From the human T2T-CHM13v2.0 reference genome, Homo sapiens, in the NCBI RefSeq assembly GCF_009914755.1, contig NC_060939.1: a stretch of DNA of 64,000 nucleotides, one strand, 5' to 3'. Positions 31,170 through 46,237 of this stretch are shown in pieces (position 1 is the first letter of the stretch; the number at the start of each line of letters is the position of its first letter). Under the pieces are notes generated by a model that searched no databases, was not told where the DNA came from, and was given only the letters and a program-made list of their open reading frames with translations. The translations under genes were made by a program, and so were the position numbers.

Positions 31170-33500
31170 CAAATGAGCTGGATGAATCATCAGAAAGATA
31201 CAGAAAGGTTAAAAATAAAAGGATAATCAAAGATTTACCCATTAAACACAAATCAACAGAGTGAGAGTGGCAAGCTAATAGAACTATAAATCAACATCTG
31301 ATTTATCAATTTATATTTAGCAGCCAATTGCCAACACAATTAAAATGAAACATTTATACCCTTGGATATGCTAACTAGTACAGCATCAAAATGATAAAAA
31401 CAGTAAGAAATAAGAGAATGACAGTCACTTATTGTTAGTAGTAGATTTTAACATATAGCCATCAGATTATGATAGACTAGAGATAAAATATGAATATGGA
31501 TATAAAAAGAATATAATTATAAATGTTGATAAATTGGCTATATTTAGATGTTTATGGGTTATATAAAATACCTTATATTACATATTCACATGGAAATTTT
31601 ACAAAAATAATATGGTAGTTTACAAAAGAAATAGCATTTTTTTTAAATGCAGATATTTTACAGTTTCTCTCATTACAAAGCAGTGACCTAGATCTGGGCT
31701 AGATACTTCTCATCATTCTCATTACAAAGCAATGAAATATAATATAAATGTAAACAAAACAAGCGAACAACCACTCGATGTTGCCTGAATGCGGGGGCTA
31801 GAGGAATCAGCAGAGGTAAGATTGTCCTTTTAAGGTTAAACTTTAATCAACACAGCACACAAAGCCAGAGTGATGCAATGTCACTTCAGAGAGAAAATAT
31901 GATCCCCAGGACACTGAGATCTAGTCATGATTCTACTGAATATATTAACATTTCCAATGGGGGAAAAAAGTGTGAATCCAACGAAGAGCTGGCTCAGCCA
32001 AAACAAACAAAGGCAAGTGCTAGTGTTCATCCAGGGACAAGGGAGCCTCATTCAACTAGACTTAACTAATCCAGCCTGTGGCAGGATCCTCCTTCATGAG
32101 AAGATGGAAGCATGGTGTTGTTTTTGCCTGGTTTTGCTCAAATGTCATGCACACCAAGGCACCTTTTGATTGTAAACCAGCCTTTCCTGTATTGGTCTGC
32201 GTACACCATGATTGTCCCTTAGGGGAGCTGTGAGTGTGGGGCTCCTCTGTCCTCATGGAGTTGGTAAGTATGAAATCCTTCTAAGAAATGATCTGCTGTG
32301 GTCCTGGAAAAGGAAGCTTCATGAGCCTTATAGAATGTTAAGGCTACAAGGAAAGAAAGTCCAGAAATTAACATGCATTGGTATGTTAACTTGGTAACTT
32401 AGTAAAACAAGTTATGGAGTAGAAGTTGTTCTTATTCACTGCTGTGTTTTGGTGCTCAGAGTAGGTTTTCGTATGTATGAGACACTTAAGTATTTGGTAG
32501 AGACATGAAACAAGTAGGGAAGGACAGAATTATTTAGCAAATGCTGGTGGGATAATTGATTAACTGTTTGACATACACTAAAATAAATAACATGGATTAA
32601 AGAGTTAACTTACAAATAGAAAATTAAAAGAATGATCCAAATGTCAGTAGTACTTCTGAAGGGGCAACGATTTTGTGCATTTAGAAGGATAAGAAGAAAT
32701 CACAAGGGGAATAAAAATGACAAATCTGACTACATAAATATTAAAAACGTATGTTAGCAAAATACTATAATAGTAACCAGAATTCAAACTCAGACAACAT
32801 GGGAAAATATTTTCAGAAAATGCGACAGCCAAAGGCCTTGCATCTTTATTATGTAAAATGTTCATACGAATTGATAAGAAAAACACTGAAATTCCAAGAG
32901 CATAAACAAACAGCTCACATAAAAGAAATTAAAATTAGTAAATATATGGGAAGATATTTGACCCAGCTGGTAATCAAAGACATTCAAAATAAAACAGTAA
33001 TTTTAAAAAATTTGAATTAGCAAAGAAAATCTAAAAATTGATTTTCATAAAACCCAATGCTTGTGAGAATGTTGCAAAAGTTGTATTTCATATTTTGCTG
33101 CTGATGGCTTATAAATTGGTACCTCGTTTTTGGAAAACAGTTTGGCAATACAATATCAAGAGTCATTAAAATGTTTTATAGCCTTTGACCTAGTAATTTG
33201 ACTTCTGGGAATCTATCCTGAGGAAAATTAATCCAAAATATGGAAAACATTAAATGTCTAAAATGAATTGGGAAACACTAAATGTCTCACAATAGGGGAT
33301 TGGTTAATATGTTGTAGTACAGCCATTGGACTAAAAACTACATAGCCATTTATAATTACAGGAATAGAGACCATGCAGCCAAATGGAAAGATGCTTGTGC
33401 TTCAATATTAAATAGAAATGAATATATACTTAGTATAAAAAGATACGTAGCAACAATTGGAGTCAGTACACCAAATTTTAAGTGGTTGAGCTAAAATAGC
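31170..33500 (+). mobile_element. Old L1 (L1M) fragments (about 31170-31770 and 32500-33500)
   Basis: A-rich L1-like text, e.g. tttggaaaacagtttggcaata...tttgacctagtaatt..acttctgggaatctatcctgagga. Confidence 0.65.
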
Positions 33501-33636
33501 AGGATAACAGTGACCTTATCTTTTTTCATAATGTGCTTTCAGCCTGTATTTCTGGATGGCAATTGCCTTCCTTTCTTGACCCAAGTCCTGCCCAAGCTCC
33601 ACGCCCAGCTTCCAGAGCCCTACCCATCTGTGTTGA

Positions 33637-34018
<382 letters not shown>

Positions 34019-34284
34019 CCCTTTCCCATGCTCTTGTGATGCTGTATTAACATTTCTTTTACAGGATAATATACAGTTTGCCTTGTATGGAAATAATATG
34101 TGTACAGTATGTGTCTGTTTCTGCAACTAAATTTCTAAACCCCTAGAGGGCAAGAACCATTTCATTTATTTTTCTCTCCCCACAGCAGAAGGCACAGGGC
34201 TTTTCCTGTGTGATATGCCTGAATAAATATTGGTTGAAATTAATTGAATTGTACTGCAATGAACTACTTCTGATTCCCTCGCAG

Positions 34285-34434
34285 GTGGAGCTCATGAAGG
34301 ACTTCAGCATTTGGGTCCTTTTGGCAACATCCCCAACATCGTGGCAGAGTTGACTGGAGACAACATTCCTAAGGACTTTAGTGAGGATCAGGGGTACCCA
34401 GACCCTCCAAATCCCTGTCCTGTTGGAAAAACAG
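34285..34434 (+). CDS. SCG5: SCG5 (7B2) coding exon 3, 150 nt, phase 1-1
   Basis: Acceptor ttccctcgcAG and donor CAG|GTAACA. Translates (G)[49 protein letters not shown], including the conserved 7B2 PPNPCP motif. Exon number is from the recalled gene structure. Confidence 0.98.
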
Positions 34435-34591
34435 GTAACAGATATGCCTTTGGGTTCCCATGAAAAGTTGGGGCTTTGGAAGGAAATCAGAAATTCTAAC
34501 ATCAGCTACAAATATTCCCAGAAATTGTTATTTCCATTCTGATGAGCCCATGTGTATTTGTAAGTAGATGGGAAGGGGAAATTTATTCTAG

Positions 34592-35015
<424 letters not shown>

Positions 35016-35724
35016 TGCACTTGCTACTCTTTTAATGAAAGGGGAAACACTTTTTTTTCCTTTTCCATGATACAACTTCTGCTGAGTTTTAATGTCTTTG
35101 GAACTAGTTAGTTTGTGGATTATCCATGCCTGTTTGTTCTCCTCGTTGATCATGACAGTCAACATTCTAACAGTGTCATGCATCAACACCGAGTTAGCAT
35201 CTATCCTAAAATCCTGTTTATTTGGGGGCCAGGAGGTGGCATGGGAGAGAAGAGGTTCAGGAAGAAGCTGGTTAAGGAAGAAGGTTGAAATTTTCCATGT
35301 TGTTCATGCATCCAACCCACTTTCCTACCCACTAATGCCATAGAGAATGGTGAGTGGGCTTCACTTACATCCGGCTTTGAGCAGCTGACCTTGGTGGTTA
35401 AGAGTAGTGGCTCTAGACTCTGACTACCTGAGTTCAAACTCCAGGTCAACCTGTGTGACCTTAAACAAGTTAATTAACCACTTCGTACCTCAATTTCCTT
35501 ATTTGCAAAATGGAGGTCATTGTGGGAATTAAATAAAATTATCCATGTAAAGCATTTTAGCACAGCACCTAGCACAGAGTAAGGACTCTTTAAATGTCAT
35601 CCTGATTATAATTAGCTTTGCTGCCCCTAGTAAATAATGCACCTCTTACCTTGGGCTTGTGTTAGCTTCTAGCACCAGAGTAGTCTTTTCCTGCAAGCCT
35701 AATAATAATAATAGTTGGTATTTA

Positions 35725-35803
35725 TCAGGTTGGTGCAAAAGTAATTGCACTTTTTACTATTGCTTTCAATAGGAAAAACTGCAATACTTTTGCACCAATC
35801 TAA
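35725..35803. mobile_element. MADE1 (Hsmar1-derived mariner MITE)
   Basis: 79-bp inverted repeat tcaggttggtgcaaaagtaattgc...gcaatacttttgcaccaatctaa, flanked by TA on both sides. Confidence 0.92.
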
Positions 35804-35983
35804 TATTATTTCTACTTTATATTAAGAAAACAGAAGCTTAGAGAGTAGCTTGCATAAGGTTATCCAGGTAACAAGTAGCTGAACCAAGACTCAAACCCAA
35901 GTCTACCTGATTAAGGACTGTGTACTCAACCACCAGGACATACTGCCTTGCTCTGAAAATTGTGATAACATTGACTACTCAAC

Positions 35984-36268
35984 TTTTTTTCTTTTTCTTT
36001 TTCTTTTTTTTTTTTTTTTGAGATAGGGTCTTACTTTGTTGCCCAGGTGGGAGTGTAGTGGCACAATTATAGTAATTCTGTGCCTCAGCCTTCCAAGTAG
36101 CTGGGACAACAGGTGTGTGCCACCATGCCCAGCTAATTTTTAAATTTTTTGTAGAGGTGGGGTCTCATTATGTTGCCCAGGCTAAACTCAAACTTCAGAG
36201 CTCAAACGATCCTCCCACCTTGGCCTTCCAAGGTGCTGGGATTATGGGTGTGAGCTACCACACCGAGA
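35984..36268 (-). mobile_element. AluJ-like SINE, partly deleted
   Basis: gagatagggtctt and ctcaaacgatcctcccacc AluJ diagnostics. Confidence 0.9.
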
Positions 36269-36633
36269 CTTTTTTTTCTTATGATACCCATAACTAGTCT
36301 GACATCAGCTTTTCTTAAACACAATGCAGGCTGTCTCTGAAAGAGACTGTCTTAGAAAATATGCTCCTCCTTTCATTTAGGATGAGGCCTCTGTTTTCCG
36401 TGGGGCACAAAGCTTCCATCTTGAGGCAGAACAACCAAAGTAGTTGGATGTGACCAAGCCAATGTGTGGCTGCTGGGCCAGGAAGGCAGGAAAACCTGAA
36501 TCCCTGCCTGGCTCTAATCATTTCAGCCACCTTCTACTTGTTTGTAGGGTTTTGGATGGGTAGGAAGAAAGACTAGTTCAGAGTTTAGAGAGCGACAGTC
36601 TCCATTGTTAAGTCCATTGGATGTGGTACAGTG

Positions 36634-36825
36634 CAGTGGTTCTTAAAGTGTGATTCCAGGACCACCAGCAGCAGCAGCACCTGAAAACTTGCTAAAAATG
36701 CAACTTCTCAGTCCCTACCCTGATTCAACCTATTGAATCAGAAGATTCTGGGGGTGGGACCCAGGAATTTGTTGCAACCAGTCCTCCTCATGGTTCTAGT
36801 GCACACTGAACTTAGAGAATATTAT
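36634..36825. mobile_element. MER5A-like hAT MITE
   Basis: cagtggttcttaaagtgtg...ggaccaccagcagcagcagcacctg...gaatcagaagattctgggggtggg. Confidence 0.8.
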
Positions 36826-38444
36826 AGGAGAATGGAAAGAGGTCCAGAGTTTGAGCCAAGAGATCTGACCTCTAGTGTTGACTGTAGTATGCCACTTTCA
36901 CTTTCTTGAGCCTTAATGTCTTCACCTATGGAAGGAAGACATAGGCAATGCCTCCAAAGAGCATACAGTGTAGTTCTAGCTTGTCTGAAAACAAAAACAA
37001 TAAAAACACAAAATCATACAGACCTGTGGAATCAAGCTCTAGTCTGTGCACTTAGGAGCTCTGAGAGGACAGCAATCAAGCTGGCCTGGTAGAATTGGAC
37101 AAAATCCCAAATCCAGACACTTTCTTGTCACAGGTTGTCTGCCATTTCCTTTGCTGTTCTTCCATGAAACTAACATATTCCCTCATTCTTTGTTCTGCCA
37201 CAATCTGCATTCCAAGAATGAAATCGCTTGCTAAATTTAGCCATTATTTGTGAGGAATTGCTTGAATTATGACACAACACAGCACAGTTGAGCAATCCAA
37301 GAATAAAACCTTGATTTCTCCTTTCATGCCATGCTGTCCTCTGAATCATGGCCCACTCACCCTGGATAGAGCAGCAGAGCTCAAAGAGTCCATCTCAGCC
37401 TCAGAGATAGGATGTGAATTCTAGGGCACATTTTTAAGCCCGGAGACACCTTCGGTTCCCAGAGCAGGCTTTATCTGCATCTCAGTCAGGGCCCACTCAG
37501 AGGTACACCAGAAACAATTATGAAAGGTTATAAAGGTGCCATATGCAGATTGCCTGAACTCTCTTGAATTGGTATATTTTCCTACATGTTAATTGCTATA
37601 TATTGTGTAAGTTAGATAAATAGCTCACTGAAAAGTGGAGAGCCGCATTAGGGATTTGTTCAGAATGCTGATGACTTCCACACTAGCTGTATACTGCTAA
37701 GAGCTGAGAGACTGTGTACTGAAAGCTTAAGAGCAGTGTCAAGAACTAGACAACCTGGCTAATTGTAAATGGCCCCCCTTTCAGCATTGACTTTGATGTC
37801 TCATTATGTCTTTCAAATGAGACCCTCCTTCCTCCCCCTAACCCTGCACAAAATTCACAATCCCTCCTCTGTCCCCCTTTTTATTGCTGTTGTCTAAAAT
37901 ATATTAGACATGGGAAAAATGACTCATTTTTAGAGCATCATGCCTAGTAATAATAGAATTTACATAAAAGCAGCATCTGAGAGAGATAGCCTTCTTTCTT
38001 TGGTTTGAATGGAAAACTTGCTTGATTTCAAAGGGAAGTCATAGTATAAACTGTCAGTCAAAGGGAGATAATGGGAAGGGAACTAAAACATATTGCAAAC
38101 CTATTATGTGCCGGGTGTTCTAAATGTAATCATCTCTATTCCTCACAGCAATCCCGTAGGTAAGTATTTGATTATTTGCATCTCACACATACATGAACAA
38201 ACTTGGAGAGACCAAGTTAACTTTCCAAAGGAACTAAGCCTATCTATATCTTAGGAGCTGGGATTTGATCCTTGAGCTCTGCTCTTGTCTGACTCCAAAG
38301 CTTAAGCTGTTATCACAATAAAACACAACATCAAGTGCTGTGTGGAGATTGTTGTTGTTGTGTAATGTACTTTCTCCAAGAAGCCAAAGTAGTTTCTAAA
38401 CTGCTTGCTCAGGAGAAAACAGAGTGGGTCATGTGCAACAGAAG

Positions 38445-38887
38445 TATGTTACCTAAGGAAACACTTGCTCTTGTAACAAATAAAAACATTGTATGGCTCA
38501 ACGCAATAGAAGTTTATTTTTCACCCGTGTGAAGTCCTGCCAGAGGCGCGTGAGGCTGTAGTGCGGTGGATGGTTCGGCACCCCAGACTGCCATCTTTAC
38601 ACTTGACCCCCACAGTTGCCCTGGCAACATGTAACAAGCTGACCAGGAGATGGGGGTGGGGAATGAGGAGAAGTGGAGCATGGTATGAGAGGTTTTTATG
38701 CTTTTAGGTGATGTATTTCAATTCCAGGCCTGGGAATGGAATACATTACTTGTGCCCACATTCTGTTGGCCTCCACTCAGGCAAATGACTCCACGTGATT
38801 GCAAAGCAAGGCTGGGAAATTAGTCTAGCTGGGTGCTAAGGAGGAAAGGGAAGTGGGTTTGGTGAACAGCCAGTGAGTCTCTGCACA
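38445..38887. mobile_element. MaLR LTR (MLT1J/K-like)
   Basis: tggctcaacgcaatagaagtttattt...cacattctgttggcc...gcaaggctgggaaattagtctagct. Confidence 0.65.
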
Positions 38888-39076
38888 GGAGTGGGAGTTT
38901 GAGATGAGTAATCCTATCTAACTGGATCCTAGAGGGAAGGTGGCTGCTAGTGTTCTAAGTTACTACTGATGTGAACAGATTCTGACCTTTGGCTGCCTAG
39001 TTGTTTTTGATAAATTAACTCTTAGAATAATGATGAATGTCTTGGCCGTTCCTCAAAAACCTTTGGCTGTTTGCAG

Positions 39077-39189
39077 CAGATGATGGATGTCTAGAAAACA
39101 CCCCTGACACTGCAGAGTTCAGTCGAGAGTTCCAGTTGCACCAGCATCTCTTTGATCCGGAACATGACTATCCAGGCTTGGGCAAGTGG
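39077..39189 (+). CDS. SCG5: SCG5 coding exon 4 (113 nt, or 110 nt from the alternative acceptor at 39080)
   Basis: Acceptor ttgCAGCAG and donor TGG|GTAAGT. Translates (A)[37 protein letters not shown], in frame with exon 3. Confidence 0.98.
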
Positions 39190-39539
39190 GTAAGTCCTAT
39201 CTCAATTGTTAGTAGATTTTGCACTTTGGTACTCTGAAGGTGCTGATGGCAGGGATGAGCAATATGGGCAGAAGGAGAGAAGAAAAATTATTTAGAAGCT
39301 AATTTTTCAGAAATCTCTGGTTGACAGAGCTTCAAGTCATGACTACTCAAAACCACACTTATGTGTCCAGGCAGCACTATACCAAATCCAACTAAAGAGA
39401 CAGCAACCTAACATTGACCGTAGTCTCCAGAGTCTTCTACTCTGGTCTGCTTCACAGCCTGTGTCATACACATCCTAAATTTCACCAGTGTTTCATGCAT
39501 CTCTATAGGGTTTTATCAAAGGATATGATTTTTTTTAAT

Positions 39540-40260
39540 TGACACAGAAAATTTGCAAATGTGATCTCTAAACTAAGGGAGATGATCTCTGCAGAATCAA
39601 GGGAATAAAGATGCCAGAGCTTAGAAACAGATATATATAATTCTGCTTTATAGAAAGAGAAAAAATATTCCGTGATGTGTAGCAGTGAGATTGCTGTCAG
39701 TCCTAGGTAAGTGCATATAGCTGTCAGTTAAGGGAGTTGTTTATAAGCACTTGGAAAGATAAATCATGACCATTTGGCATCAGTGTGCTAAAAACAAGTC
39801 TTGCCAATCTAATTATATTCTTCCATTTGCCAGCATTATTCATTTATTTGCCAGCTTGATGAGGGAAATGCAGTGGGCATGGTGCATTTGGACTTTTGCA
39901 AAGCATTTGACAAGATCGTTTTATGTTCCCCTATTGGAAGAGGTGGAAAGATACAGCCTAGGCAACAGAATGTCACCAAAATGGGGCTTGTTAAAGAGTC
40001 CATGTAAATAGGGAGGGAGATTTCACATGGTATTCTGTGTGTCTTAGCACTACCCCACTCCACATTTTTATCAATGTTTGTAATAATATAGAACTTGTAC
40101 TTATCAGATTCCCAGAGGATGACATGAAGTTGGAAGAGATACCATCAGATGACAGAGTTGGGATTCAAGAAGATCCCAGCAGACTAGAACAATGAGCCAA
40201 ACAAGATCAGAACTGAGTGGGGATATGTCTGTGTTTCTGTGGTTGGGCCAGATGCTGAAG
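39540..40260 (+). mobile_element. CR1/L3 LINE reverse-transcriptase fossil
   Basis: 39858-39914 translates DEGNAVGMVHLDFCKAFDK (CR1 motif LDFxKAFD). Downstream are EDDMKL (FADDTKL-like) and IQEDPSRLEQ remnants. Confidence 0.8.
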
Positions 40261-42989
40261 CCATGGGAGAAAAGTGGGGAAATACCTAGGAGTGTTCCTT
40301 CACATGTAACAGTAGGTGGCCAGTACGTCTGTGGAATGAATGAGTGAGTGAATGAGCAAATATTCCAACTCCCTCAGCCCTTCTAAAGTCCTCATCTCTT
40401 CTTAGCTCATTATTGGCAGATGGCCTTGCTTACTGCTTTACTGGGAACACTGAAATTTCAAAACTAAACTCCCTCCTTTCCTCCTACATTGTTTTAGAGA
40501 AATCTTCATTAATGACCACTTTTATTTTTTTCAGCGTCTTGCTTTAACATGCATTGTCAGTTCCCTCTGTCTTCAACGTACACACATTTCCTGTCTTAAA
40601 ACAACAAAGCAACAACATTCCTAAGTTAATTTTGCTTCTTCCAATTTGCATTATTCCATTTCCTTCTTTTTCATAAACAGTTCTGTTTGGAAGAATTGGT
40701 TTGTGGAGCCACTTTCAAGCCTAGTAGTAGAGCTTAAACATGTTGAATTAAATAGAAAAACATCTATAGGTTCTCGAATAGGAGACTGAAATAATAAAAG
40801 CCTTCTATAAAAGAAGTTATTTTGATGGCATATTAAAGGATGAAGTAAAAGGAGAAGAGACTAACCCTAGACAGGAAGAAAATATGGGGAGTCATTTCAG
40901 TTATGATGACTGTGAACACCGTGAAGAAGGGTGAGAATCCAAGACATTTTAAAGGGGGAAAAACTAACTAGAATTGGTATACGGAATAAATATAACATGA
41001 AGAAGAAAGAAGAGATATGTCAGGTTCATATGAAATGGACAATATGAACTTTTTCTTTGAATGCATTTTAGAAAGAAAGAAAAGAGAAGAATAGAGGGAG
41101 GAAGGACATAAAAAAGAGAAGAGAGAGTGAGGGAAAGAGTAGATTGCGGAGGAGTACTGGGAAGAGATCCACAAGAGGTGATCGAAGCATTGCCAAACAG
41201 AAGCAAAAGCCAGGTTCGATAAGGCACAAAGAGAACACATTGAGCCTGCTGTGTTCCAGGCACTGTGCTAGATGCTCAGTATGCAGGAGTCATCAGGACA
41301 TGGTGCTGGTCTTCAGAGAGCTTATAGTCCCACGGTTGAGATGAATTGCATGAAAATGAAATGAACCCAACTTAGCACCGCTCCACTTCATGTTTCGTCT
41401 GTATTCTGAGGGCCAGGGGCAATTATTAGGGAAGATGGAAGACAAGGGTAGAGGAAGATCCAGAACTGAGGACTGGTGTGGCTGATTGGGGTAGTAGCCA
41501 CAGAGGAAGTCAAAGGCACTAAGGAGGGCAGCACTGAAGTTTCAGGTGGGAAAGTCTTCAGCTTCACCAGTAGGCTAGGAATGAGAGAAAGAAAGGAGGG
41601 AGACTGAGTCAAGGTGTGAGTGAAGGCAAGGAGCCCAGTTGGTGGCATGATGAGGTGGGAGGGATGAAAACATCTCTTTTCAGCTCTCTTCATCTCTTCT
41701 TGAAAATCTTCACAGATTTCTCTCATCAAATTCCACTCACTTCCAGTGCCCCAGTATGAGGCCAACCACGGTCCTTCATTCTCTGTGCTTCCTTCTCGAA
41801 ACACTGACTTGAGTTTCTCTCAGTGTTTCCTATTCTTTGTCCACATTAGAGCTAAAGACTAGAATCTAGGATCAAATGTAAAAGGAAAATATTAGAGATC
41901 AATGACCAGGAACAATGTTTAGATACCTTTTATCATCTGCAATTATGTGTTTACTTAAACTTAGGTCTCCTTGTTTATTTTCTCATTACTACCTACCAGT
42001 AAAACATTGTTTCCTTGGTTTTCACATGGAAGTGGGAATTGAGTATGTCTTGCTTTTCTAAACTGGGAACCACAAACCTTCCTCAGTGCTTATATGGAAT
42101 GACAGTCTCAAGCTTGTCTTCAGCCCAGCCATCCTTTAAGTTAACAGAGTCATCATCTTTCATGATAGAACAGCACAAAGACCCTGCTTCCTTATCTGCT
42201 AATAACGCTTCCTTGTTTTTGACAGTAGCTGGAGCTGAGCTGCATCTTTAACAGTGATTCACATATTACACATTTCAGTGTCTGTCTTGTTTCCTGCATT
42301 TCTCTCTTCGTTAGTGCATCAAGACACATTTATTAACGACACATCATATGCCTTCCGGGCCCCGTGTTAGGTAATGGGAATACAAAGATGAATGATAATA
42401 GTAATTGTATTACATAATACATAATACTATATAATACAATAGTAAATAGTAATATTTATTGACCACATACTATATGCCAGACTCCTTTCTAAATACTCAG
42501 TAATCTTATTCAATCTGCCCATCCTTGTCATTCTCACTTTCCAGATGAGAAAATGCAGGCTTGGGGAGCTGAGGAGCCTGCTCAGCCCACAGAGCTGGGA
42601 TTTGAACCCCATCATCTGACTCCAGAGTACTTTACAAGCTGAATACATTCCCTATCTTTTCATGGCTCATTGCTCCTAACCTGTCCTGTGTGGTAGTCCT
42701 ATTGAGTCCTACCGAGGGCTGGCTGCCTTCCAGACAATGTGTGTGACTACACCAGTGGTGACCACACCAATGGCTGGCTCCTGTACATGCCAGCTACCCA
42801 CTCCCCCTTTACACATTAACTGCTGAGTGTTATTTACTTAAGAAAAAGTTGTCTCAAAAAGCAAATATTTTTCCTTTCCAAATGCTTTCACACCTTTTCA
42901 TCAGTAGCTGATCACAGCCAGAGCCTGAGCCACGGGGATATGAGGGACCAGACCCCTCCCTGACTTGCTTTGTCATTCCTGACCTTAAC

Positions 42990-44030
<1,041 letters not shown>

Positions 44031-44350
44031 CAGTTGTCCAAAATCTTGATGGCACTATGGAAAGCCCTTTTAATGAACTTGAACCTGCTACTCACATGGA
44101 AAACAGGCTCACCACTCCCCAAGGAATCAACAAGGAATGGGCGTGAGGAGAGATAGCTGATTTCTTTTCATTCAATTTGTATGCTTCTCTTACCCATACC
44201 ATACCTGCCAATGCCTTCAAGTCCATACAATAATAGGGCTAATTAAGAATGTCCCAGACACTTTCATGCAGGGGTAGGGAAGCATTATCCTGCTAATCCT
44301 AACCCTAGCTCTTAAGGAGACACAGGGACCATCTTTGAGAGGAAGATTAG

Positions 44351-44638
<288 letters not shown>

Positions 44639-46237
44639 GCACATTTCTTTTTGAATGAAGACTCTTATGGGTAGGATCTGCCCCCAAGATCTCCTAAAGA
44701 ATTAAATGATGCTGGCTTTACCTGGCTGATGGCACAGTGGAACTCTGCCAGAGCTGGCTGACAGTCCCACCCCATGGTAGTAGCTCTCAGGTTCTTCCAC
44801 ACTCCATCCAGCTCAGGCAGCTGAAAACAATGGTACACATGAAGAAGACATGTCCTCACCCCTTCCCGGCCTTCCCAGCTCTAACACCAGCTCTTCGGAT
44901 ATTCTCTGCCTCAGGAGTTTTTACGTTCACAGAAAGGCAACCACAGACTGTAGAGAATGAGCCTCACAGCAATATCCTCATTCCTCAAGGAAATGATCTG
45001 CAAGTCTGCCTTTTCTCCCTTCCGATATTAAATTGATTTATTCCCCAAGTGAGCAGGAGATAGAGGCTGTAGCCAGTACTGGTGTTTTTGGTAGTAGAGG
45101 CTCCTTCACTCTGGCACCGCCTCCTTGCATAGTTGAGGTTGGGCAAGAGATATGCATTGTAAATTGCAGGTGGGGTAGATTTTAATGAACGTGAAAAATG
45201 ATGAAGCTCATTCTTGGCATTTGTCATTTTCAATTCCAAATCTATCACTAAAAATAAGTCTTTATAAGTGGACAGCTCAGAGGATACATGTTGTATAAAC
45301 TTGTTCCTTACCAGAACTCTGTGGTTGTCTTTGTTTTTTTTTTTTCTTAATGTCAGAGTATTTTATTTAGAACAAAACGAATCACCTCTTTTATACATCA
45401 TTTTCCTCCAGATAAAAAAAATCAAATAAATAAAACAACACAAGTAAAGCCCCCCCCCCACCGCCACCAAATCCCCTTCTCCCTTTCTGCCTTCAGGTTA
45501 AGTGTTCTGTCTTTTATAATCTCAATAGAAGGGAAATCTGTTGAGCATGTGTCTGATATTCTAGAGCTCATTGAAGCCCACTATGTGTTTGAAATACAGC
45601 AATGTGTGGAAACACTTACACAAACTGTGGTAACAGAGCCCTGCCCCCCGACCCAACATAACTTTCCTTTCTGCCAAGAAGTTTTTTGGCAGTTTTTAAA
45701 AGGTTCACTCTATTAAAAATGTTATAGACCAAATGGTTTTCCAATTGTCTTGACTGGGGGCACTGACTTAACGCCACAGACAAAATGGTTGCAGAAGTCA
45801 GAATGTCTCGTTTATTTACACAGGGGATTGTTGTTAATAGTCAGACGCTACTCTAGAGAGCAGTTTATAAAAAGGGAGTTAGATACAAAAATAAATGAGA
45901 TAAAATCATTTGTTTTAAACAAAGGCTGTTCAAAGTGAGGAGATGGGTTTCCAGCACCCTTCATGTTTTAAAATGTCGTATTTCCCTGTTTATGTGATTG
46001 TTGATGACACTGGTGTGCCTCAGGGCATTGCAGAGGACTTTATTAAAAGCCGAACCACCACCAGCTTTACTCTTGTGGTCTATCTTTCTGACACGACATT
46101 CCTTTCATCTAGTTTTGTTTCCAAAATATGCGTATGCAAATATCTAGGGGACACACCAAGTATTGCTTTTAAAATAGACATTCACCAAATTTGATCCATA
46201 CTTCTGCATTTTTTGTTTTCTTTTCTCCCCATTCTAG

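Noticed and set aside
39037-39237. [21 protein letters not shown]... as a separate gene
   Set aside because: It is SCG5 exon 4 extended into flanking intron sequence.
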